From an uncultured virus (IMG/VR IMGVR_UViG_3300030060_005500) (Duplodnaviria > Heunggongvirae > Uroviricota > Caudoviricetes), in IMG/VR virus record IMGVR_UViG_3300030060_005500: a DNA stretch of 64,000 nucleotides; one strand, written 5' to 3'. The notes beneath the pieces were generated by a model. That model ran no database searches. It had not been told where the DNA came from and saw nothing but the letters and a program-made list of their open reading frames with translations. How positions within the stretch are numbered: the first letter of the stretch is position 1; the number at the start of each line of letters is the position of its first letter. The translations under genes were made by a program, and so were the position numbers. Positions 1 through 9,837 of this stretch are shown here, in pieces.

Positions 1-1
1 T

Positions 2-535
2 GAGGCTCTAGCGGATCAGGCGGGGATGAGCGAGGACAGCAAGTACGTGATGAACGCCCACGGAATAGAGGCACCGGCAATACTAAATCAGTACGCCCTA
101 AATCTAGAAGGAATGCTAGATGATGCTGTTAAGTGGGGAAATAAAGCACAAGATTTAATAACAGGATACGCAAACTTCAGCGTTAACGAACATCAGGAAA
201 ATCTAGCTTATAACGAGATTCTTACTAATCCAGATGTACTTAGTGATTACACACTTAAGTTCTTTGGTCCAGAAGGTCCATACCCTGTGTATGAAGATGA
301 GCAACAGTTAGAGACTCAAGGTTATCCAACTGCTCCTCAGCCAGAAGGTCAGAATGTAATGTCTCAAGTAGGCCAAAACTTCCCTGCACCTCCTGAAGCT
401 GCTGCACCACAACAGCCAGAAAACTTCTGGGGTAGCTTTAGCGAGACAATGGCTCGTGACCCACAGAATGCATGGAAAGTTCTTAACCAAGTTCAGCCAA
501 ACACAGTACAGAATAAACTCTTTGTAATGGAGTAA
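2..535 (+). CDS. Putative capsid scaffolding protein, N-terminally truncated by the window edge
   Basis: Frame open from position 2; acidic/Pro-Gln rich; two genes upstream of the major capsid gene. Confidence 0.5.
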   Translation, partial: EALADQAGMSEDSKYVMNAHGIEAPAILNQYALNLEGMLDDAVKWGNKAQDLITGYANFSVNEHQENLAYNEILTNPDVLSDYTLKFFGPEGPYPVYEDEQQLETQGYPTAPQPEGQNVMSQVGQNFPAPPEAAAPQQPENFWGSFSETMARDPQNAWKVLNQVQPNTVQNKLFVME

Positions 536-539
536 GGCT

Positions 540-1130
540 ATGAGACCTATGTACCAATATGGAGTTCCTATCGTTGGAGGCGTAGGAACTTCTATTAGGG
601 CTGCCAGAGAGGATGAAAATATCGGTCCTGTTGCTTTAGCAGGTGCTGCTGGAGCTGCTGGTGCTTATGGTGGAATGATGGGAGCAAGAATGTTAGGTCC
701 GGCATTAGCTGGAAGACTAGCACCTATGCTATCTGATGCCGGAGCAAAAGTGGCACCAGTTCTCAAAGACTATGGTAGAAATCGTAGAGGAACTACTGCA
801 GTTGTTGGAGAAGGTAAAACAGTTACCAAAAATAAGGTTGTACCTAAAAAAGCCTTCATGGGTGGACAAGCCGAAAGATTAGCTGAGGCTTTAGGAGATA
901 GAGCCGGAATTCAATCTTTAATGTCAGACCCACAAGTTGCTAGAGGTTTAGGAATGACAACCGCTGCAGTTGCAATACCTTCAGCTGCTTTAGCGGCTGG
1001 TCTTGGTGGTGTTGCGGCTGGTAAGGTTCCCGGAGCCTTTGGTATACCAGGATTTGTTGATCCTGAATCTTATGGATCTAGTAACTCACCCGGTGCTAGA
1101 TACAAACAGACAACAGTAAACTATAGCTAG
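540..1130 (+). CDS. Gly/Ala-rich hypothetical virion-associated protein
   Basis: 196-aa ORF with hydrophobic GA-rich segments in the head module. Confidence 0.5.
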   Translation: MRPMYQYGVPIVGGVGTSIRAAREDENIGPVALAGAAGAAGAYGGMMGARMLGPALAGRLAPMLSDAGAKVAPVLKDYGRNRRGTTAVVGEGKTVTKNKVVPKKAFMGGQAERLAEALGDRAGIQSLMSDPQVARGLGMTTAAVAIPSAALAAGLGGVAAGKVPGAFGIPGFVDPESYGSSNSPGARYKQTTVNYS

Positions 1131-1261
1131 AAAAACTGAGCATATTCTTTATATTTAGTAAGCAAAATTAGATACTGTTAAAATTTTATTTAGATAGGAC
1201 TAAAATGTCTAATTCTTTGACCCCGATAAAACATTACTGCACCTTTGGAGGATAATACAAA

Positions 1262-2425
1262 GTGTTTATAGATAATGACTTTCCCAAGATTCTAGGTGCG
1301 GAGCTATATAGGCCCCACCCAGCATATGTTGCGGAAATGGCTACTGAGCCTGTCGTGGTACATGATTTCGCAAGACAGCCTGGACAAACTGTTCAGCTCG
1401 ATAGATATAAATTCTGGGGAACACCAGGAACTAAGGATTCGAGAGAGCGTATTGCGGATCAGACCATCGGCACAGCAAATAGTCGTAACATTACAAAAGA
1501 AAAGGTACTTGTAGTACTGAAAGAGTACACAGGACCTGCCGATCCAGGCGATGCTACACAGCCAAGTACATTTAAAATTGCTCGTGAAACTCTAGTTACA
1601 GCACAGCGTTTGCTACTAGATACTGGTAATTTAAACATGTTTCACCAGAGCATTGGCTCTCTAACCCTTTTAGACGATTACAGAAGGTGGCGTGATAGGG
1701 TCTTTATTGATGAATTAGCAAAAGCAGAAGCTAACGGAGCAGCATCCTCTTCACAAGGTGGATATTATTTTGCCGGTAGCAAAACAAAGGATTCTTCAGG
1801 ACGTATTTCATACACAGCGACAGAGTATGGAAACCAGATACAGCAGTTCTCAGTAAAAACTGACCTTTTAACTGTTGTTAAAGACTTACGTAAGCGTAAT
1901 GTTCCAACTTATGCAGACGGTTTATATCGTTGCTTAGTTGATCCAACATTCATGATGCACTTACGTCGTGACAGTGACTTCAGAGAAATCGCTCGTTACT
2001 CTGGTGCTCCTGGTCAGGGAATGTACATGGGCAACCCCATGATTCCTAACAACGCAAGTTTCTTCCAAGGACCACAAGCTGGACAAGCTTACTTCCTAGC
2101 TGGAGAGCCTGTAATGCCTACAGGTGTACAGTTTGAAGGTGTTAAATTCTTTGAATCTACTAACTTCCCTTCAAAGAGCATCACTGCTTCTATTGATGGT
2201 GGTAGTAGCTATTCTTCTCTAGAAGTTGCACAAGGATTCTTCTTTGGGCCACAAGCTATCGGAGTTGGAATTGGAGGACCAAACGCACAGGTACTAATCA
2301 ATAATAACGACGATTTTAGCCGCTTTATCATTCTGATCTGGCAACTATACGCTGGTTTTGAAATCCTTAATAAGGACTTCGTTACAACAGCATTTAGTTT
2401 CTTAACAGATGACGGATCAATCTAG
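1262..2425 (+). CDS. Major capsid protein (HK97 fold, N4-gp56-like)
   Basis: 387 aa, GTG start after a strong GGAGG RBS (1247-1251); GQTVQL near N-terminus, YRCLVDP and GVKFFESTN motifs typical of this capsid family. Confidence 0.8.
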   Translation: MFIDNDFPKILGAELYRPHPAYVAEMATEPVVVHDFARQPGQTVQLDRYKFWGTPGTKDSRERIADQTIGTANSRNITKEKVLVVLKEYTGPADPGDATQPSTFKIARETLVTAQRLLLDTGNLNMFHQSIGSLTLLDDYRRWRDRVFIDELAKAEANGAASSSQGGYYFAGSKTKDSSGRISYTATEYGNQIQQFSVKTDLLTVVKDLRKRNVPTYADGLYRCLVDPTFMMHLRRDSDFREIARYSGAPGQGMYMGNPMIPNNASFFQGPQAGQAYFLAGEPVMPTGVQFEGVKFFESTNFPSKSITASIDGGSSYSSLEVAQGFFFGPQAIGVGIGGPNAQVLINNNDDFSRFIILIWQLYAGFEILNKDFVTTAFSFLTDDGSI

Positions 2426-2466
2426 TAAATAAATAAATAAAAATAAGTAAAAAAAGGAGAAAATAA

Positions 2467-3282
2467 ATGTCTTATTTATCAGCTAAGAAAATATATCCTG
2501 GTAACTTTACAGAGGCACTGAATGGTTGGTACAAGAATATTGATACTAACGATGATTCCTCTAATGACAAGAGTGTAGGAGGTCCTACTTCTGTCTTAGC
2601 AGTTCCAGGCTATAGATATTTCCAACAGCGTGGTTACGTAGAAATCACTGGTAAAGTGGGTGCAAAAGTAGCTGCAGCTGATGTTATCGTTCCTTCACCA
2701 TATAGACAGGATGATACTCGTACAGACATAACAGGAATGGTTATCTCAGGTAGTGCAACTCTTCCTTCTTATGTATATCGTGCGGCAGTATCTGTTGCTT
2801 CTGGTTGGGATGGTCGTGTTGCTTCCGGTATTTATGCCGCAACAGGTGACGCAGTATCATTTGGACGTAGTAATGGTGGTTCACCTGTAGCAGCTTCTGG
2901 TCTTGCAGAATCAGTTGCTCAGGCAAACATCACATCTACAGTAGATGGTACTGGTGATGGTGGATCAGGTGCTATCTTCTTTGCCGCAGGTTCTGAAGGT
3001 TATAGTGGTAACCCATTCGTTACAGCTTCCGGTACAGGTGCAGGTGGAGCATTAAACCCAGCAACACCTTACAAGTCAATAACTGCTGCAACTACTTACA
3101 AAGTGTTCAGTAAAGCAGGTGCAAACGCTACAGCTTCTCAGAATGGTTTCTACCTATCTGATGCAGACGCAGATGCAGGAAAGAGAGGATACATTGTATG
3201 TGAAGTATGCTACATCCAACCAGATGAAGCTCCTAACTACAATGACATTGAGCAGTACATAATAGGTCGCACAGTTAGCTAA
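2467..3282 (+). CDS. Putative capsid decoration/minor structural protein
   Basis: Gly/Ala/Ser/Thr-rich, directly after MCP, AGGAG RBS. Confidence 0.55.
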   Translation: MSYLSAKKIYPGNFTEALNGWYKNIDTNDDSSNDKSVGGPTSVLAVPGYRYFQQRGYVEITGKVGAKVAAADVIVPSPYRQDDTRTDITGMVISGSATLPSYVYRAAVSVASGWDGRVASGIYAATGDAVSFGRSNGGSPVAASGLAESVAQANITSTVDGTGDGGSGAIFFAAGSEGYSGNPFVTASGTGAGGALNPATPYKSITAATTYKVFSKAGANATASQNGFYLSDADADAGKRGYIVCEVCYIQPDEAPNYNDIEQYIIGRTVS

Positions 3283-3324
3283 ATGAGGTAAACTAAGATC
3301 AAGGGTACTACTTTGATCTTAGTT

Positions 3325-3735
3325 ATGCTTTATAAACATAGAAAAACAGGTTCTAGAGTCAAAAAAATTAGTGAGCTCGACAATGGCGAGTGCTTTATGG
3401 TCGAAGATCAAGATGGAAAGGTCTTCCATGCTTATAGTCAGGAATTAATCCTTGATGAAAAAGCAACCACTAAAGTTAAGACACTACAAGTAAAAGATAA
3501 GGCAGCTAAAGAGGAACCCAGAAACTTCCCTCCTGATATGAGGTTGAATATAAACGGAGCTACAGCTCAGATGATTGCCGACCATATAAAGGGAATAGGA
3601 CTAAAAACTGCAAGAGAGATAAAAGATTTACAAATGTCTTTATCGGGTGAGAGGTTTGCTAATCTAGAACAACTTAAGCAGATCAAGAGGGTAGACTGGG
3701 ATTCCGTTATAGCTGCTGATTTAATCCGAGTATAA
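3325..3735 (+). CDS. Helix-hairpin-helix (ComEA-like) DNA-binding domain protein
   Basis: LNINGATAQMIADHIKGIGLKTAREI...FANLEQLKQIKRV is a ComEA-type HhH signature; ATG at 3325 preferred over TTG 3313. Confidence 0.7.
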   Translation: MLYKHRKTGSRVKKISELDNGECFMVEDQDGKVFHAYSQELILDEKATTKVKTLQVKDKAAKEEPRNFPPDMRLNINGATAQMIADHIKGIGLKTAREIKDLQMSLSGERFANLEQLKQIKRVDWDSVIAADLIRV

Positions 3736-3758
3736 TTTAGATACTTAATACTTTTAGA

Positions 3759-4220
3759 GTGGAATTATCTAGCTTTGATAAAAGTAGGGTTAGATACCAT
3801 TTGGGTTATTTTACCGTTTCCGTTCCTGCAGGTGACTTTGCTCGTTTGGAAGAAGCAATGAACACCGTTCCAGATTCGTTCTTTGTAGATAAAATAATTG
3901 TTCAAATTGGTAGATGTGACACTGCTGAGAAGAAAACAGAAGTAGCATCAACTCCTTCTACGAGATTAGAAACCATTGCTGGTGACGTAGATAGAACTAT
4001 TCGTTCCAGTAATGCTAAGGAAGCGTTGAAGGTCTGGAGTGAGATATATTTATATGAGACTAATAAATTAGCAGGTATCCTATACGTTCCTAATTATAAA
4101 GATCCTCTTCAAGCACGTTATAGATATGAACGTTCGGGAGCTGAATTCATACAAGCACTCCCTGGACCAGCTGATACAGCTGTAGGATCTAGAATGCATC
4201 TCTCAGAGAATTGGCGATGA
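3759..4220 (+). CDS. Putative head completion/head-tail connector protein
   Basis: 153 aa, DKSRVRYHLG N-terminal motif, position after capsid genes. Confidence 0.45.
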   Translation: MELSSFDKSRVRYHLGYFTVSVPAGDFARLEEAMNTVPDSFFVDKIIVQIGRCDTAEKKTEVASTPSTRLETIAGDVDRTIRSSNAKEALKVWSEIYLYETNKLAGILYVPNYKDPLQARYRYERSGAEFIQALPGPADTAVGSRMHLSENWR

Positions 4221-4465
4221 AGTATATAGACTACGCCTCTAATTACTTACCGGGAGAGGTTTATACAAGGGGACTGAAAAGTTATACTCCGCAGCAAAGA
4301 TTAGATTATAGAATAGCTAAAAAATATAAATTTAAACCGACTGATAATGGTAAAACGGGATTTACTTTTGAAGAGTTATTGAATGTATCTAAAAATCCTA
4401 CTGTCATGATGCAGAGTGAACTTAATAAAATGCCTTCAGGGTTTTTGGCTTCACCATATGGTTAA
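4217..4465 (+). CDS. Hypothetical protein
   Basis: ATGA overlap with the upstream stop. Confidence 0.5.
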   Translation: MKYIDYASNYLPGEVYTRGLKSYTPQQRLDYRIAKKYKFKPTDNGKTGFTFEELLNVSKNPTVMMQSELNKMPSGFLASPYG

Positions 4466-4498
4466 GGCTATAATAGACAAAAAGCATTGTAATTAAAA

Positions 4499-5290
4499 GT
4501 GGCATCTACCTCGACTAATAAACAACCACTTTTGGTTGATCGTCCGTTATTCGATTCTGTAAGAGTTACCACACAGACTGTTGGAAGTCAGGCAACTAAT
4601 ACTTTATTCGTACAGGGTGGTCAAGCACCATCTATCTTGGTTGATATGGACGCAGCGTTAAGTGAAGACAATAACAACGGCGGCGTAATTGATTCTATAC
4701 TCATCACTAGAAATGATTATTATCGTAGTGATGACTTTACTTTAAATGCAACCAACAAGGATTCGATTGTTTCCTTGATAAGTGGCATGGTTGTTTTTAT
4801 GGAAGATCCTACACAATCTACTGTTTCTAGTAACAGTTATCAATTCGGACATTATACATATACAGGAGCAACTGCTTTAACTGGGGTGCTTAAAGCTTTA
4901 AACTATTCTGGAGGATTAACTCAAGGTTTTACTTATCAAGGTGTTGCTTATGGACAGCAACCTGAAGTAACTTTTGTATTTTATCAGTCACGTGGAACAA
5001 CAACTCCCATACCTGCTTCTGGAGACTATAATGTTTTATTTGCTAAAAAAGTACCAGCAGGTGTACATAGTGTAGATTGTTCTGATGTAATGCCTCATGT
5101 AGCTACTCCGGGAGTCCATGCAGCGTTTGCCTCAGCTACAGGAGATGCGAATGCAGGATTACCCATAAGGAATAGAGGTATATATTTAGAACGTGGTGAC
5201 AGAGTATATGTAGGAGTATATGCAGAAGGTCCTAATACAGCCGGTTATGCCTCTGGAGTGCACGTTTCTGCACAAGGAGGGTTCTTCTAA
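4499..5290 (+). CDS. Putative structural protein
   Basis: 263 aa, beta-rich composition, own TATAAT box upstream. Confidence 0.5.
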   Translation: MASTSTNKQPLLVDRPLFDSVRVTTQTVGSQATNTLFVQGGQAPSILVDMDAALSEDNNNGGVIDSILITRNDYYRSDDFTLNATNKDSIVSLISGMVVFMEDPTQSTVSSNSYQFGHYTYTGATALTGVLKALNYSGGLTQGFTYQGVAYGQQPEVTFVFYQSRGTTTPIPASGDYNVLFAKKVPAGVHSVDCSDVMPHVATPGVHAAFASATGDANAGLPIRNRGIYLERGDRVYVGVYAEGPNTAGYASGVHVSAQGGFF

Positions 5291-5583
5291 TGATAGCTCG
5301 TATTCCTCGTAAGAAAGGGCAGCCAGCGAACAGTAAGAAACATAGTGATTTATACACAGATGAAAATCCAAAAGGAACCATAAAGGGTCTAGGATTCAAA
5401 GATAAAGCAGCAGCTGTTTCTAGTGTTGCAAAGATTAAACGTAGTGATAGAACTCATGCCCATAAGACACAAGCTGCCATAGCAATGGAACAACGTGCTA
5501 AGGCTGCTGGCAAAAAGCAACCAGCTGCAGTGTATAGAAAATTTATTGAGGAACAGAAGAGAAAGACTAAGAATAAAAAATAA
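5290..5583 (+). CDS. Small basic phage protein
   Basis: 97 aa Lys-rich, HSDLYTDENPKGTIKGLGFKD segment; TAATG coupling on both sides. Confidence 0.6.
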   Translation: MIARIPRKKGQPANSKKHSDLYTDENPKGTIKGLGFKDKAAAVSSVAKIKRSDRTHAHKTQAAIAMEQRAKAAGKKQPAAVYRKFIEEQKRKTKNKK

Positions 5584-7133
5584 TGGTTAAAAGAGGTGAT
5601 ACTTTTGGGTTTGGTGCTTTCAACGGTGCAAGTAAACCTGATAAATTTGGTGTATTACCTATAGAAGCTGAGTTCGGGGGAAGTTTACCTAACTCTCTCT
5701 ACAGAGTGAACAGTGCTTCCTCTTGGTCAAGATGGAGAAGAGGTTTTGAGATAGCTACAGCTTCTTACTATCAAAATACAATTGACTTTCCTTTTACTTA
5801 CAAAATTCCTTTGCCACAGGGAGCATCTCCAGCTGCGGGTAATCAACCTGCTATTCCCGGAGTATTTAAAGGTTTTCCAACTAAGAATAAAGAATTAGGT
5901 TGTCACTGGGCGGGAGTAAGAGTAGCAGGCAGTCTACGTTTTGATAATGTATTGGATCATACTGGAGCCAGAGCTTCTATTGCCTCTGTAACTGAAGATG
6001 AAGAATTTTATATTGTTCAATTATCAGGAAGTTGGAGTGCCACCAATCCTTTGCCTCCTCCTTTATTTATACCTGTAGCAGGAATACCTGAGGGTATAAA
6101 ACCTACCATTGGAGAGGTTATTGAAGACCGAATAATAGAAGCAGAGGGAGTGCCAATTAATAGGGAAACAATTGATCCCACCACTCAGAAAAGATTTGGA
6201 TTTATACAAGCTGTTATAGCGGAGATAAATGAAAATACTGGAGTAATTAAATTAAAGAAGAGAGGATCTATTGAAGCTACACCAGATAAAGTTCTAGTTA
6301 CTCCTACAACTAGAGGACCTAATGTTGGTCGTTTCTTTATGACAGGAACTAGATATTATTGCACCTGTCAGGATTACAGCAGAAGGGATTATGCTTATCT
6401 TTCAACATTAGGTAAGAGAAAGGCAAGTAACTTTCCAAGAACAAACGTAGCTTCTCTAAAACCTGGACGTTTTGAAGTATTGAAGATTGGTGACAAGGTT
6501 TCTAACCAAGCTATGACTAATGCTGTAACTAATAGAAGAATGGAGATTATATCTCCTAGTGTTGAATTTAATTTACCTCCATCTATTGCTCCAACTTCTT
6601 CTACCGTAGTAGGAGCTACAAGAGATAATCCCGGTGTTTATAAAGATTTTGGATCTGTTTATATAAGAAGTGGATCTGATCCTTCTCTTCCAGGAGCTAG
6701 GTCGGACGGCATGCCTTCCTTCAAAGATTATCAAGCAAAAGATAATGTAATAACTCAACTAACCGACTTTTGGGAACCTGTATTAGATGAGATACGATAT
6801 TGTAAACATATATACTCCATGAAGTTTGAAGAAGGTTTATTCCCTCCAGAACCTTCTGATTTCCCTGTGGGTATGGAAAGTATGGCCGAATGGGAACAGG
6901 CACTGGTTGAAAAGACAAGAAACGAACAAGAAACAGCGATAAGAGATCTGATGAATTATGGATTAGCTTATATGGATATACCTCCCTTCAACTGTCAGTC
7001 TCCTATGATGGTTACTATGATGCAGAAACTGTTTAACATCCCTAGTAACTTTGTTTTGCTACAGAATTTTACTATGTTTGATAAGACAGGGAAGGCATAT
7101 ACACCATCAGTAGGAGGTAAACCAGCACTATGA
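5583..7133 (+). CDS. Hypothetical protein with split SWIM-like Zn finger
   Basis: YYCTCQDY ... YCKHIY motifs. Confidence 0.55.
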   Translation: MVKRGDTFGFGAFNGASKPDKFGVLPIEAEFGGSLPNSLYRVNSASSWSRWRRGFEIATASYYQNTIDFPFTYKIPLPQGASPAAGNQPAIPGVFKGFPTKNKELGCHWAGVRVAGSLRFDNVLDHTGARASIASVTEDEEFYIVQLSGSWSATNPLPPPLFIPVAGIPEGIKPTIGEVIEDRIIEAEGVPINRETIDPTTQKRFGFIQAVIAEINENTGVIKLKKRGSIEATPDKVLVTPTTRGPNVGRFFMTGTRYYCTCQDYSRRDYAYLSTLGKRKASNFPRTNVASLKPGRFEVLKIGDKVSNQAMTNAVTNRRMEIISPSVEFNLPPSIAPTSSTVVGATRDNPGVYKDFGSVYIRSGSDPSLPGARSDGMPSFKDYQAKDNVITQLTDFWEPVLDEIRYCKHIYSMKFEEGLFPPEPSDFPVGMESMAEWEQALVEKTRNEQETAIRDLMNYGLAYMDIPPFNCQSPMMVTMMQKLFNIPSNFVLLQNFTMFDKTGKAYTPSVGGKPAL

Positions 7134-7360
7134 GTGATCCTAAATTTGGAGATATTGTCGACACTAATTTTATTTATTCAGAAGACCAGAGAAAGGTAAG
7201 AAAGTTTGGTGACAGTGAAGTATTGGTAAGTGGTCAGCCAGCTACCTATCATCCTGGTGATGTCGTACATTTACCTTACGCCAGCGGAGAGACTTCAACT
7301 ATAGAAGCTATCGGATTAGCTTGGGGAGCATTTTCTAGCGGAGTTTTACCGAGTGGTTAA
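7130..7360 (+). CDS. Hypothetical protein
   Basis: ATGA overlap, 76 aa. Confidence 0.55.
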   Translation: MSDPKFGDIVDTNFIYSEDQRKVRKFGDSEVLVSGQPATYHPGDVVHLPYASGETSTIEAIGLAWGAFSSGVLPSG

Positions 7361-7376
7361 TGTATACTAATATTAA

Positions 7377-7407
7377 GGCTTTTGTTCGCAAAAGCTGATT
7401 TTTTTTA
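7377..7407 (+). terminator. UUCG-capped hairpin plus U-run ahead of psbA
   Basis: GGCTTTTG-TTCG-CAAAAGCT then GA and a T-run. Confidence 0.5.
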
Positions 7408-7426
7408 TTCTTACCGCACTAATTTT

Positions 7427-8506
7427 ATGGCTATCGCTGTAGAGACACGTAAATCCGTGTCCGGCTGGCCTGAGTTTTGTGAGTGGGTCACTTCAAGCAA
7501 CAACAGAATTTATGTTGGTTGGTTTGGAGTATTAATGATCCCTTGCTTACTTACGGCGGCCACTTGTTTTATTTTGGCTTTTATTGCCGCACCACCAGTA
7601 GATATTGATGGAATCAGAGAACCAGTATCAGGATCATTCCTCTACGGAAACAACATTATTTCCGGAGCAGTCGTGCCATCCTCAAATGCAATCGGACTCC
7701 ATTTCTACCCAATCTGGGAAGCTGGCACCCTCGATGAATGGCTCTATAACGGAGGACCATATCAGCTCATTATCTTCCACTTCCTCATCGGTATTGCTGG
7801 GTATATGGGACGCCAATGGGAATTATCGTACAGACTTGGCATGAGACCTTGGATCTGTGTTGCATACTCTGCACCAGTATCTGCTGCCTTCGCTGTTTTC
7901 CTTGTATACCCATTCGGTCAGGGTTCTTTTTCTGATGGAATGCCTTTAGGTATATCAGGAACATTCAACTTCATGTTTGTATTCCAAGCAGAGCACAACA
8001 TTCTTATGCACCCATTCCACATGGCTGGTGTTGCTGGAATGTTTGGAGGAGCTTTATTCTCAGCTATGCACGGCTCATTAGTTACTAGCTCTCTTATCAG
8101 AGAGACAACTGACCTTGAGTCACAGAACTATGGTTACAAATTTGGACAGGAAGAGGAAACTTATAATATCGTTGCAGCCCATGGCTACTTCGGTAGACTT
8201 ATTTTCCAGTATGCGTCGTTTAACAACTCTCGTAGTTTACATTTCTTTCTTGCTGTTTTTCCTGTGGTTTGCATATGGCTTACCTCAATGGGTATATGCA
8301 CCATGGCTTTCAACTTGAATGGTTTTAACTTTAACCAGTCTATAGTTGACACTAATGGCAAAATCGTTCCAACATGGGCAGATGTGCTTAACAGAGCAAA
8401 CTTAGGTTTCGAAGTTATGCACGAGCGTAATGCTCACAACTTCCCACTTGACTTAGCATGTGCTGAGACTACATCTGTAGCTCTTACAGCTCCTGCTATC
8501 GGTTAA
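7427..8506 (+). CDS. psbA: Photosystem II D1 protein
   Basis: Unambiguous D1 sequence ([27 protein letters not shown]); 359 aa from ATG 7427; no intron. Confidence 0.99.
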   Translation: MAIAVETRKSVSGWPEFCEWVTSSNNRIYVGWFGVLMIPCLLTAATCFILAFIAAPPVDIDGIREPVSGSFLYGNNIISGAVVPSSNAIGLHFYPIWEAGTLDEWLYNGGPYQLIIFHFLIGIAGYMGRQWELSYRLGMRPWICVAYSAPVSAAFAVFLVYPFGQGSFSDGMPLGISGTFNFMFVFQAEHNILMHPFHMAGVAGMFGGALFSAMHGSLVTSSLIRETTDLESQNYGYKFGQEEETYNIVAAHGYFGRLIFQYASFNNSRSLHFFLAVFPVVCIWLTSMGICTMAFNLNGFNFNQSIVDTNGKIVPTWADVLNRANLGFEVMHERNAHNFPLDLACAETTSVALTAPAIG

Positions 8507-8543
8507 TACTGGGTTAATTTAATTTAATTTAAATACTTTATTT

Positions 8544-8572
8544 CCCTCTCCTCACGAGAGGGTTTTCTTTTT
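8544..8572 (+). terminator. Rho-independent terminator after psbA
   Basis: CCCTCTC-CTCAC-GAGAGGG-TTTTCTTTTT. Confidence 0.85.
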
Positions 8573-8610
8573 ATATACCTTCTATACAATAAATAAAAGC
8601 TTTTAGAACA

Positions 8611-8826
8611 ATGACCCCAGAAGAAGTACAAGATTTAATTGATCAGTCGATAGCCACGGCTATAAATAAACATAACAGAAATGCCAGCATGATAAGCATG
8701 GTACTAGGATTCTCTTTCATGGGAGCATTTGTAGATGGGCTTTTTAGAGTATTAGGAATATTACCACCTTTTATGGGCTTAGATGTAAGCATTATTCCTG
8801 AGATTGCTAAGCAATGGCAGGTTTAA
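8611..8826 (+). CDS. Small membrane protein of cyanophage type
   Basis: 71 aa, HNRNASMISMVLG...GLFRVLG hydrophobic helix. Confidence 0.65.
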   Translation: MTPEEVQDLIDQSIATAINKHNRNASMISMVLGFSFMGAFVDGLFRVLGILPPFMGLDVSIIPEIAKQWQV

Positions 8827-8978
8827 TTGTTACAATTAAATAGTTTATTTTAATTAGTTTTATTTATATAAGATATAAGTAGTACCAATGAGAGATAAGA
8901 TATTTCTATATGCTGAAACTGAGTATAAATACGATGTATATATGTTACTTTATTAAAGTAACTTAATATTACTTAACA

Positions 8979-9086
8979 ATGACTCCTGAAGCAGAAAGAT
9001 TCAACGGTTGGGCAGCAATGCTTGGTTTCGTAGCAGCATTAGGTGCATACGCAACTACTGGTAACATAATCCCCGGCATATTCTAA
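8979..9086 (+). CDS. hli: High-light inducible protein (35 aa; missed by ORF track)
   Basis: MTPEAERFNGWAAMLGFVAALGAYATTGNIIPGIF: ExxNGxxAMxG and TGxIIPGxF motifs. Confidence 0.95.
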   Translation: MTPEAERFNGWAAMLGFVAALGAYATTGNIIPGIF

Positions 9087-9199
9087 TGAGTAATTTAGAT
9101 ATTTTCACAAAGGCACAAGGACGTGCAGCGATGATGGGATTTATAGCAATTCTTAGTGTTTATGCTTTCACAGGTACACTACTACCAGGTGTTGTGTAA
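9086..9199 (+). CDS. hli: High-light inducible protein, divergent (37 aa)
   Basis: MSNLDIFTKAQGRAAMMGFIAILSVYAFTGTLLPGVV; TAATG coupled. Confidence 0.85.
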   Translation: MSNLDIFTKAQGRAAMMGFIAILSVYAFTGTLLPGVV

Positions 9200-9354
9200 T
9201 GGCTAAAGCAATCGCAATTTCAATAACACGTAAGCAACCCGAAAGAGAAAAGATAGTAGCAGAACGTATCAATGGATATGCAGCTATGCTCGGCTGTATC
9301 GCAGCCATTGGAGCATGGGCAACTACTGGACAAATTATTCCCGGTGTTTTCTAA
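9199..9354 (+). CDS. hli: High-light inducible protein (51 aa)
   Basis: ...AERINGYAAMLGCIAAIGAWATTGQIIPGVF; TAATG coupled. Confidence 0.93.
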   Translation: MAKAIAISITRKQPEREKIVAERINGYAAMLGCIAAIGAWATTGQIIPGVF

Positions 9355-9356
9355 TC

Positions 9357-9548
9357 ATGACAAGAGTAACTGAAAGTGGTGGTAGACAAAACATTTATGC
9401 CACTGAACCACCCATGATCATTGATTCTAATTACACTAGCTATCCTGAAGAGGCTGAAAAAGCTAATGGACGTTGGGCAATGATGGGTTTTATAGCTTTA
9501 GTAGGAGCTTACGCAACCACTGGACAGGTTATACCTGGCATTTGGTAA
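9357..9548 (+). CDS. hli: High-light inducible protein (63 aa)
   Basis: MTRVTESGGRQNIYATEP...AEKANGRWAMMGF...TGQVIPGIW; likely start 9357. Confidence 0.95.
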   Translation: MTRVTESGGRQNIYATEPPMIIDSNYTSYPEEAEKANGRWAMMGFIALVGAYATTGQVIPGIW

Positions 9549-9563
9549 ATAAAACTTAAAGAC

Positions 9564-9603
9564 AAAAAATAACCCAGTAATTAGTTTTACTGGGTTTTTA
9601 TTT
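9564..9603. terminator. Bidirectional terminator between hli array and HTH gene
   Basis: A-run, AACCCAGTAA-TTAGTT-TTACTGGGTT, T-run. Confidence 0.85.
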
Positions 9604-9615
9604 GCAAAGATACTT

Positions 9616-9837
9616 TCAAGCTGCCGTCGGATACAGATTTTGTTTTTCAAGAGCTTCTTTTACCTTTTCTATATTCCAACGATAGGTATCACGAGAACGT
9701 GTCTTCTCGAAAGCTGCATAGTGTGGACCTAGTTTTAAAGTCCCATCATCTCGGTAACGGAAGAGAGTTTTCTTATCAATTCCGAGGATTTGAGTTGCTT
9801 TACGGGCTGTCACCCATTTTGAGTAGTCAGGAGTCAT
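9616..9837 (-). CDS. MerR/excisionase-type helix-turn-helix protein
   Basis: VTARKATQILGIDKKTLFRYRDDG...GPHY. Confidence 0.75.
   Translation of the reverse strand: MTPDYSKWVTARKATQILGIDKKTLFRYRDDGTLKLGPHYAAFEKTRSRDTYRWNIEKVKEALEKQNLYPTAA

Noticed and set aside
3325..3735. PsbU as an additional photosynthesis gene
   Set aside because: Only the generic HhH fold is shared; no signal peptide; sits in the head module
7382..7426. N-terminal extension of D1 in the ORF track
   Set aside because: TTG lies in the leader hairpin; ATG 7427 gives canonical D1 length
8936..8948. NtcA site upstream of hli array
   Set aside because: GTA-N7-TAC, wrong spacing
9315..9356. Longer start for the fourth hli
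   Set aside because: Overlaps the third hli in another frame
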